From: Candidatus Thalassarchaeum sp.
Lineage (GTDB): Archaea > Thermoplasmatota > Poseidoniia > Poseidoniales > Thalassarchaeaceae
Direction of reading: 5' to 3'
Length of the DNA: 34,921 nucleotides
Assembly: GCA_022449845.1 (NCBI GenBank)
Contig: JAKUOE010000003.1
Coordinates: 5,166-40,086, forward strand
Below are positions 27,727 through 34,921 of the stretch, one piece after another; position 1 is the stretch's first letter; each line of letters opens with the position of its first letter. Position numbers and translations under genes: made by a program. The notes under the pieces were generated by a model. The model was not told the DNA's origin and ran no database searches. It saw only the letters and a list, made by a program, of their open reading frames with translations.

Positions 27727-27786
27727 GGTATCTAGGTGTCTCCGGAGGTATATGAGGAAATACATGGGGACCCCCGGGGGTCCCAA
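27727..27786 (-). promoter_or_regulatory. Perfect 18-bp palindrome followed by a TATA-like element
   Basis: GGGACCCCCGGGGGTCCC (27767-27784), then on the minus strand ATTTCCTCATATACC. Confidence 0.6.
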
Positions 27787-27796
27787 CTCAGAACTA

Positions 27797-28153
27797 TCAC
27801 TGCAAAGGCAACATGACCTTCCAACGGGGTTCGGCGAGTTTCTTCGATTTCGGGCCCGTTCGAGTGTTTTGGGTCTTGTGCGTCAATGTACCATGCATCC
27901 CATGAACACTGAATTTGATGCGAGCTTCAACCACGCGGTCTCTCTCAGCCAATTGTAATGCATCATCATCCAGTTCAATGCTGGCCAAAACGCCTTCATG
28001 AGTGGGTTCACTCAATTCGATTGCATTTCCAACCAATGAAATGCGAGGCGAGAAATCGTAATCATCTGGATCGTTCATCCAGACATCCAAATCCATGACG
28101 ACCTTGCCTCTGCTCGAGACCTTCTTGATGTCGATTGAGGTCACCATCGACAC
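27797..28153 (-). CDS. Hypothetical protein
   Basis: 118-aa ORF filling the gap, co-oriented with neighbours, GAAGGTG around the start; no family recognised. Confidence 0.7.
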   Translation of the reverse strand: MSMVTSIDIKKVSSRGKVVMDLDVWMNDPDDYDFSPRISLVGNAIELSEPTHEGVLASIELDDDALQLAERDRVVEARIKFSVHGMHGTLTHKTQNTRTGPKSKKLAEPRWKVMLPLQ

Positions 28154-28318
28154 CTTCGAGAAGACTGGGGTTCAAATCGCTTCCCATGGATAATCATGGT
28201 CAAATTGTTACAATAATTGTTCACTATTTTTCATTCGGGAGGAAACGTACGTTTGCGACCCAAAATCATAGGGTTTCGCAATTATTTTTGTTTGGTATGT
28301 CAGGTACACCGGAGATAT

Positions 28319-29530
28319 TCAAACTCCGACTTCGCTGATGCGTGGAACCAAGAATGTGATTTCAACAACGAGTTCCCACTCATTGCCTCCATCCGGATCA
28401 ACCTCATCAACAAGGAAATCCGGATCTGATTCCTCAGCATCGATTATCCAGAGCCAATCACCTTCTCCAAATCCTGCCCCAGATTGTGCGTCGAGCATCT
28501 CAATCAACTCTTCAAGTGAATCTGCAGTGAGATTGTGGGCATCCTCCGAGAATGGATTCAGGTTCAGATACTCCATCGAGGCTGAGGCATTGTGGGTGAT
28601 GTTCCCCTGTTCTGTGCGAACAGTGTGAGTCCAACTGTCATCCGGAACATCGACTGTCAATGTGAAATTGTCCTGAGGCAACATGATTGGGAGGATATCC
28701 ATGGCCAAGGTCAACGTTGCGTTAAATGACATAATTCGGCCCTCCTCACCCGGTTGATGTGTGATGGTGTGGATGTGTTCCTGCTCTAGATATCCGTCCC
28801 AATCGTAGGTGACCGTTTTCACTTCCCAGATGACCTGGTATGTTCTAGGTAGAACTGTCAGGTTCCACATTCGTGTCGCACTCGCTTCTGATTCGTCGGT
28901 GACGGTGACAGAGCCTGAGTAATTCCCACTCTCGTATGGTGTGAAGCGATGGACAGCACCCATCGCATCATTGTCGTTGGTGGCATCTCCATCGTTGTCA
29001 CTGTCTTCACTCCAATCAAGATCCCAAACTGTGGTCAATTCTCCATCCTCAGGATCTGAAGACGATGAGGCATCCAGTGTGACGATGTCGCCGGTGCGAA
29101 TCGCAGTCGGCATGGAGAGGGAAATTTGTGGATATCCGTTGACACTGAGCAACGTTGTTGCCGTATCATCACCATCGAGGTCGTTGACCACAGTGACACT
29201 GACCTCATACAGGCCCGCATTACTGAATGTGTGACTGGTGTAACCTTGAACCGTCTCAGACTTCGAACCATCCCCGAAATCCCAACGATATGCAGTGATG
29301 ATAGTGCTCTCTGGCGAAGTCGAGGCGCGAGCATCGAAATTGACGGACTCACCAGCGTTGATGGTGGAACGATCCGCTTCGACTCGTGCATTCGGCTCAG
29401 GTGGACCGCCCAGGCCGGTGCAGCCCGCGAGCATCGGCAACAGCATGGTTGCGATGACGAGTAGGGTCAGGGGTCCTCGCGAACCCATCGAAATCGACCC
29501 GGGGTTGAGCATGTCCAGTCGACCTGACAT
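28319..29530 (-). CDS. PKD-domain lipoprotein
   Basis: LAGC lipobox; FDARAS..YRWDFGDG..HTFSNAGLYEVSVTV, and a second PKD-like domain (LDASSSSDPEDG). Confidence 0.88.
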   Translation of the reverse strand: MSGRLDMLNPGSISMGSRGPLTLLVIATMLLPMLAGCTGLGGPPEPNARVEADRSTINAGESVNFDARASTSPESTIITAYRWDFGDGSKSETVQGYTSHTFSNAGLYEVSVTVVNDLDGDDTATTLLSVNGYPQISLSMPTAIRTGDIVTLDASSSSDPEDGELTTVWDLDWSEDSDNDGDATNDNDAMGAVHRFTPYESGNYSGSVTVTDESEASATRMWNLTVLPRTYQVIWEVKTVTYDWDGYLEQEHIHTITHQPGEEGRIMSFNATLTLAMDILPIMLPQDNFTLTVDVPDDSWTHTVRTEQGNITHNASASMEYLNLNPFSEDAHNLTADSLEELIEMLDAQSGAGFGEGDWLWIIDAEESDPDFLVDEVDPDGGNEWELVVEITFLVPRISEVGV

Positions 29531-29652
29531 CCTCCTTTAGAAGCGTGACGATGCATTGTCCATTCAAATCGCGCCTTTTCTGGACTTCTACGAAGTCCCG
29601 GGCGACTGGCGAATCAGAGGGTTCAAGCGACGTCGCGGTTTCATTCGGTTCC

Positions 29653-30477
29653 ATGGCGGCAGATCCTCTGGTCGGATATCGTGTACTGGGGTTCGACCTC
29701 GAGACCACGGGATTCAGTCCCAACAAACATCGAATCGTTCAGTACGCTTTGATTGGGTGTGATGTGGATGGAACTGCAATGCATCTAGAAGATCTGGTGA
29801 ATCCACAGATGCGAATCCCAAATGAGACATCGCAGATTCACGGAATCTATGACAGTGATGTCAAGGGTGTACCAGAATTCAGCGAATATATTTCTCGAAT
29901 TTCAGAGGCCATGGAGGGTGCAGTCATTGTGGGTCACAATGTAGATCGATTCGATTGGCCGTTTCTTCGAGCTGAATTCCTTCGGGCAGGGAGACCCATG
30001 CCCGAACCACTCGCAATCTTGGATACGCTCAAGATTGCCCGACGACTGAAGATTCCACCGAGCCACAATCTGGGTCGGCTTTGTGAACGATTTGGAATCT
30101 CTTTGGAAGGAGCGCACACTGCTGGAGCGGATGCTGCGGCTACGCTGTTGCTACTCCACAAGATGATGGCTGCACACCCCCAACATTTTCGCCAAGCTGT
30201 CGTTGATATTCCTGATTGGTCCGATGGTTCAAATCAAAAAAATAGCGAAACAGAACGGCTAGGGCCAGATATTGACGATTTGGAATTGGTCACCGGTAGT
30301 CACGGATGGCTTCGAATCGCAGAATCAGAAATCGTCGTGGGACGTGGAAGGAACCGGGGTCGGACGATTGCAGAACTTGAACGGACAGATGCCAATTATC
30401 TCAACTGGCTAGGCTCACCAGCCGGTCCACTGGATTCCGAAGCAATCGATACACTACAATCCGTACGGATTCAGTAA
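29653..30477 (+). CDS. DEDDh 3'-5' exonuclease (DnaQ/ExoX-like) with a small C-terminal domain
   Basis: FDLETTG, GHNVDRFD, LDTL, HTAGADA; C-terminal GRNRGRTIAEL...YLNWL. Start ATG 29653. Confidence 0.9.
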   Translation: MAADPLVGYRVLGFDLETTGFSPNKHRIVQYALIGCDVDGTAMHLEDLVNPQMRIPNETSQIHGIYDSDVKGVPEFSEYISRISEAMEGAVIVGHNVDRFDWPFLRAEFLRAGRPMPEPLAILDTLKIARRLKIPPSHNLGRLCERFGISLEGAHTAGADAAATLLLLHKMMAAHPQHFRQAVVDIPDWSDGSNQKNSETERLGPDIDDLELVTGSHGWLRIAESEIVVGRGRNRGRTIAELERTDANYLNWLGSPAGPLDSEAIDTLQSVRIQ

Positions 30478-31323
30478 TCAAGAGCGCTTGATGGTCGCTT
30501 CAATCGAATAGGGGATGGTCCCTATGATGACAAAGATTGAACCAACTGTACCCAAGATGTAGAACACAGTACCTCCAGATATATCGTCTGGATTGATTGA
30601 GGGGAGAGACAAATCGGGCATCGCTCCTGCGAGCATGTAGAGTCCGAAAATCAAAACGGTCCACACAAGCATGAATGTCAAAAGCACCTCGGTGAACAAT
30701 CGACTGGATAGGCGTAGAGAATCCATCCAACCAAGCAGGGGGACATCGGCGCCATCAATGGCGATCTCCCTTTCCCGAAGTGATTGGTTGACTGCAGAGA
30801 CGACAATCTGAATCAACGCAATTGTTGTGAGGCAGATGGCCGAGAAGGTCATGATGATATTGAGAAGGGCTCCGGTGGAGTCATCCATGCTGTCGAGCAT
30901 TTCGCCCCCTGCCCATACGAGGGTCGCAGATACCAAGAGTAGAGGCAGAGCGACCATGATTGATTGCATGCCGAGAATAAGAGTCCGATATCCGTTCAGG
31001 AATGTGCCGAAGCCGAATTCAGAATCGGTCTGATCCCAATAATCCTCGATATTCGCTCTCTTCTGTTCGGACTTTCCGTGATACTGCTTTTCGAAGTAAC
31101 GTTCCAACTGCTGACCTTCAACCTGATCTGTAGTCGATAACTGGGGTCGCTTGACAGCAAAACCACCAAATCCGCCAGATCCTTGTTCAGATTCGTCGAC
31201 GACGTCGTCGTACCATTCTCCACCTTCATCTTCCTCCTCAGGAGTTGCGCGAGATGGAGGTGAGCGCGTACGTTTCGATTCCGGGGGGCCGCGACGACGC
31301 TTGCCTGACTTGCCCCCCTCCAT
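30478..31323 (-). CDS. Hypothetical membrane protein with charged low-complexity N-terminus
   Basis: Charged N-terminal region followed by four hydrophobic helices. Confidence 0.72.
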   Translation of the reverse strand: MEGGKSGKRRRGPPESKRTRSPPSRATPEEEDEGGEWYDDVVDESEQGSGGFGGFAVKRPQLSTTDQVEGQQLERYFEKQYHGKSEQKRANIEDYWDQTDSEFGFGTFLNGYRTLILGMQSIMVALPLLLVSATLVWAGGEMLDSMDDSTGALLNIIMTFSAICLTTIALIQIVVSAVNQSLREREIAIDGADVPLLGWMDSLRLSSRLFTEVLLTFMLVWTVLIFGLYMLAGAMPDLSLPSINPDDISGGTVFYILGTVGSIFVIIGTIPYSIEATIKRS

Positions 31324-31373
31324 GCATCTCAAGAAGGGTATGGACTCTTCAATCCCACGATGGATAACCCATG

Positions 31374-32546
31374 CTATTCCACCTTACGACCCTCTAACAT
31401 CGGTGACCAAGGCAAAACATCGCACCAATCACCCAATTTCCAGGTCTCACCATCGAGACGGACACCACCGAGGAACACTGGTCCCTTGTGACCTTCCTCG
31501 ATGAGGGATTGCAATCGCTCAAGAGCTTGTCCTGCGAACACTGCGCCAGCACGCTGACCAGTTGGAGCCAATTCACCGGACTCGTTGACCGGAGCCATGC
31601 GTTCAACGAGGCAGATTCCATTCTCCACTTCCACCTTCTCAAGAATGGCAACCATGTCTCTGAAAATTCCGGTGGGCTTCATTTCACCCTGTGCCTGTGA
31701 CCACAACCATGCGGGGCACCACGCCTTCCATTCACAGAATCCACAGGCCTCCTGATTTGGTTTGGCCTCCATGGGTGTATTCGTGAGTTTGCTCGCCTCC
31801 CATGCTTCAAAGGCTTCAGGCAACACACTCGGCCCTTCAGCCTCAAAGACAACTGAACCCTCAGAATACCACCCCTCGGCGCGTACAGGAGGGTGGTCTG
31901 GATTGTTCTCACAAAGGATGTCGCGATAGAAGCGAAGTTGCCGGCTGACCGTGTCATACAATTCTCCCTGAGGAGGTTTTCCGGTCTTCAAATCGGCAAC
32001 AATCCAGCCGACGATGTTGCCCTCTTCATCATAATCAGAAACCAATAGATCCAATCGACCCATGAGGCGACCACAAGATGTTCGAAGCGTGCCTTCAGCC
32101 GCGAGGACCATCTCTTGAATCGAACGCCAGGTGTCAACAGAGACCTCGGAGAGCGAAATTCTGCCCGTACGCGCTTTGGCGAAGAGGATGTTGAGGGAAC
32201 CAATCAGCAACTTTCGCGCGCGAGGATATTCTTCTTGCTTCCATCGAGGATGGCGAGGTGTCTTGAGAAAGATTTCTTTCTCCAGTTCCCACTGTTTCTC
32301 GAGAATCGCGTTGGCTGTTGGAGGCAACCATCCAACCTCATCGCCATCTCGGCCCGTCAAATCCAGATTGCACATGTCTTCGACGCTGTTGTGGACTGCG
32401 GTACCAATGGCGCTGGCCATGCCGGCCTTGCGGGGTAAACGCTGCCTTGAGAGCCAGAATTTCCGTGGACAGGATGCGAAATTGTTCCATGACGACGGGG
32501 AGAGTTGGTGGCCCCGTTGATCGTATGACCATTGTTTCATCGCCAT
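31374..32546 (-). CDS. PD-(D/E)XK nuclease, RecB/Cas4-like, with Fe-S staple cysteines
   Basis: SPSS..FASCPRKF, GTAVH, GRLDLL, ADLKTG, QLRFY, CGFCEWKAWC. Confidence 0.88.
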   Translation of the reverse strand: MAMKQWSYDQRGHQLSPSSWNNFASCPRKFWLSRQRLPRKAGMASAIGTAVHNSVEDMCNLDLTGRDGDEVGWLPPTANAILEKQWELEKEIFLKTPRHPRWKQEEYPRARKLLIGSLNILFAKARTGRISLSEVSVDTWRSIQEMVLAAEGTLRTSCGRLMGRLDLLVSDYDEEGNIVGWIVADLKTGKPPQGELYDTVSRQLRFYRDILCENNPDHPPVRAEGWYSEGSVVFEAEGPSVLPEAFEAWEASKLTNTPMEAKPNQEACGFCEWKAWCPAWLWSQAQGEMKPTGIFRDMVAILEKVEVENGICLVERMAPVNESGELAPTGQRAGAVFAGQALERLQSLIEEGHKGPVFLGGVRLDGETWKLGDWCDVLPWSPMLEGRKVE

Positions 32547-32626
32547 AATTTGACACCCCGGAACGGCTCCGCGCTACTGCTCTGTTCAGCCCAAGCATTA
32601 ACACCACCGATGGGCGGGCATGGTTC

Positions 32627-33424
32627 ATGGGAGAGTTGCCACGGGTCAAGGTCTCGGATGGAGCAGTAACAGAGGGTGCACTGGTCATTTCCTGTTTTCC
32701 AGGCGTCAGTCATGTGAGTAGCATTGTGGCTCATTACCTCATCGAACGTCTAGAACTGAAATTTGTCGGTGGTGTTGCGGATTCACGCTTGCCACCAGTT
32801 GCACTCATCCATGAAGGGAAACCAATGCCGCCGGTTCGCATGTACGCAGGGAAACCAATCTGCAATATGGAACAATGTGACAGTGTTGTCGTGCTCGTAT
32901 CCGAAGCCCCCATTCCACCCAAGTTGATGCTCCCACTATCAGAAGCACTCCTGAGTTACAGCCATGAGAAGAAGTTCCAAGCCGGTGTTCTTGTCGATTC
33001 CTTCAGCCACCAACAAGAAAGTGGGCATGAAGTGATGGATTCTGACGATACGGATGAAACGCTGCTTGGAATTGGAGCCACCGACTGGGCCCTAGAACAA
33101 CTCACTGAAATGGAAATCCCTCTACTTGAAGCCGGAATGGTCGCGGGAATGAGTGGTGTCTTGCTCGGAGAGGGTCGTCGTCGTAAACTGAACATGATGT
33201 GCATCATGGCAGAAGCGATTGGTGGAATCCCTGATGCGCGAGCTGCAGCCCGAGTCATCGAGAAACTAAACAAATTACTTCCAGCCATGGAACTGGATAC
33301 AGAACCGTTGTTGGAAGAAGCCGAGCGAATTGAGGCTCAAATCAAGGTCATGATGGAAAATCAACTCGGATCTTCAGGCGATGATGATGCCGATGATGGT
33401 CCGAACGCAATGCTCTATGGTTGA
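32627..33424 (+). CDS. PAC2 family protein with C-terminal HbYX-like motif
   Basis: FPGVSHVSSIVAHYL, LPPV..PPVRMY, GMVAGMSGVLL, PDARAAA, EPLLEEAERIE, ends in MLYG. Confidence 0.88.
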   Translation: MGELPRVKVSDGAVTEGALVISCFPGVSHVSSIVAHYLIERLELKFVGGVADSRLPPVALIHEGKPMPPVRMYAGKPICNMEQCDSVVVLVSEAPIPPKLMLPLSEALLSYSHEKKFQAGVLVDSFSHQQESGHEVMDSDDTDETLLGIGATDWALEQLTEMEIPLLEAGMVAGMSGVLLGEGRRRKLNMMCIMAEAIGGIPDARAAARVIEKLNKLLPAMELDTEPLLEEAERIEAQIKVMMENQLGSSGDDDADDGPNAMLYG

Positions 33425-34921
33425 AGCATCGCATCCAATTCTGATTCGCTGAGGACCTTCACGTCCAATCGGTTCGCTTTGTCCAATTTCGAACCAGCAT
33501 TCTCACCGGCCACAAGGAAATCCAACTTTCCAGACACGGTGGAGACGACCTTGCCACCCGATGCCTTGATTCTCAGTGCGATTTCTTTTCGAGGGCGGCT
33601 GAGAGTTCCCGTAATACAGAACGAGAGGTCGACAAGAGGTCCAGATGGAGCCGCTGTTTTTGCGACATCTGTGATGGTCAGAGTTTGACTGAAATCTTTG
33701 AGCATTTCAGAACGATCGACGATTCCAGACATCAACGAGAGTGCAACGGTTTCTCCGACACCCTCGATGGCAACCAAGCGCTCCAAATCATCGTCAGACA
33801 GGTTCAGAAGGGCGTCCATCGAACAAATCTCACCTGCGAAGGCTGTCGCGAGTTCTGGGCCAATACGAGGCAGACCCAGAGCCGAGAGGAAAGTGTCCAA
33901 TGCGACTTCACGAGTCTCATCCAATTGAGTCATGACATTGTTGGCTGATTTCTCGGCCATCCGTTCCAAATTCTGCAATTGTTCCGATGTTAATCGATAA
34001 AGGTCTGGAATCGTCTTGACGAGGTCGGCATCACACAATTGTTCAACGAGTTTCTCTCCGATTCCATCCATCTCTAGGGCACGACACCAGTACAGAATCG
34101 AACGGACCAAACGTGCAGGACATGAAAGATTGGAACATCGAAGGAAAGCGCCGTCGAGTCGCAGTTCTGTATCACATTCAGGACACGAATCCGGAATTTG
34201 GGGGGGACTTGAAGCGGGCAAATCGCCAATGAACGCTTCACCATCTGCATGGAAGCGCCCTGTCAAATCGCTGCTTTGGGCTGGACCCAATGTTTCGATT
34301 ATCTTGGGAATGACATCGCCACGTCGTACGATGCGGACCTTGTCGCCGATCGAGACGCCGAGTCGCCCCACTTCGCCGACGTTGTGTAAGGTGGTATTCT
34401 CGACCGTGACTCCACTGACCACCACAGGGGCAACGCGAGCGACAGGGGTCACTGCTCCTGTCCGTCCCGTTTGCCAATCGATGTCAAGCAATACCGTGGT
34501 CGCTTCTTCGGGTGGGAATTTCCAAGCGAGTGCCCAGCGTGGATGATGAGCAGTCTCCCCAAGCAGCGAACGTTTGGAGAGGTTGTCGAGTTTGAAGACC
34601 ACGCCATCAATTTCCCATGAAGCGGTGTCACGCGCCTGTGTCCAGCGTCTTGTTTCGGCTAACAGTGCTGCAGTCGTATCTTCATCCTCTTCACCTTTGA
34701 CGACCACCTCTTCTGCAGGGGTAATCCCCACCTCTCGCAGCCAAGCAATGGATTCGCTATCATTCTCAAATTGAAGCGCGGAAGGGCTGTCAGGGTGCTT
34801 CTCTTCGTCGGGAATGAAGAGAACGTCGTAAGCATGGAATGTGAGATCTGAAGCGTCTCCTTTCCCGGCCTCCACATTCTTCTGACGCAGGCTACCCGCA
34901 GCCAAATTTCGAGGGTTCGGG
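33415..34921 (-). CDS. ligA: NAD+-dependent DNA ligase (5' part outside the window)
   Basis: PNPRNLAAGSLRQ, IDGVVFK, PRWALAWKF, QTGRTG..TPVA, RRGDVIP, C4 zinc finger, HhH repeats, BRCT (GENAGSKLDKA). Confidence 0.96.
   Translation of the reverse strand, partial: PNPRNLAAGSLRQKNVEAGKGDASDLTFHAYDVLFIPDEEKHPDSPSALQFENDSESIAWLREVGITPAEEVVVKGEEDEDTTAALLAETRRWTQARDTASWEIDGVVFKLDNLSKRSLLGETAHHPRWALAWKFPPEEATTVLLDIDWQTGRTGAVTPVARVAPVVVSGVTVENTTLHNVGEVGRLGVSIGDKVRIVRRGDVIPKIIETLGPAQSSDLTGRFHADGEAFIGDLPASSPPQIPDSCPECDTELRLDGAFLRCSNLSCPARLVRSILYWCRALEMDGIGEKLVEQLCDADLVKTIPDLYRLTSEQLQNLERMAEKSANNVMTQLDETREVALDTFLSALGLPRIGPELATAFAGEICSMDALLNLSDDDLERLVAIEGVGETVALSLMSGIVDRSEMLKDFSQTLTITDVAKTAAPSGPLVDLSFCITGTLSRPRKEIALRIKASGGKVVSTVSGKLDFLVAGENAGSKLDKANRLDVKVLSESELDAMLQP

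Noticed and set aside
31374..32546. CRISPR-Cas locus suggested by the Cas4-like nuclease
   Set aside because: No repeat-spacer array and no other cas genes seen in the window

Overview
Gene-dense archaeal chromosomal segment, most likely Marine Group II (Poseidoniales). This is inferred from gatE, MCM, Trm1, two PAC2 genes and tRNA-Arg(GCG) occurring together with bacterial-type nfuA, NAD+-dependent ligA and a DnaQ-like exonuclease, plus large acidic secreted proteins. About 29 CDS and one tRNA. Highlights: (1) an ORB box with a G-string plus mini-ORB-like repeats in the divergent gap upstream of mcm, with no cdc6/orc1 in the window; (2) a putative cobalamin uptake module made of a beta-propeller/2TM/DUF4430 protein and an EcfT-ATPase fusion that is missing from the supplied ORF track; (3) a convergent zinc-finger HNH nuclease plus beta-class adenine methyltransferase cassette; (4) a shared palindrome-plus-promoter architecture upstream of a small winged-helix-like gene and a highly acidic secreted protein; (5) a bacterial-style cUUCGg intrinsic terminator. 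All calls come from reading motifs by eye; no searches were run.
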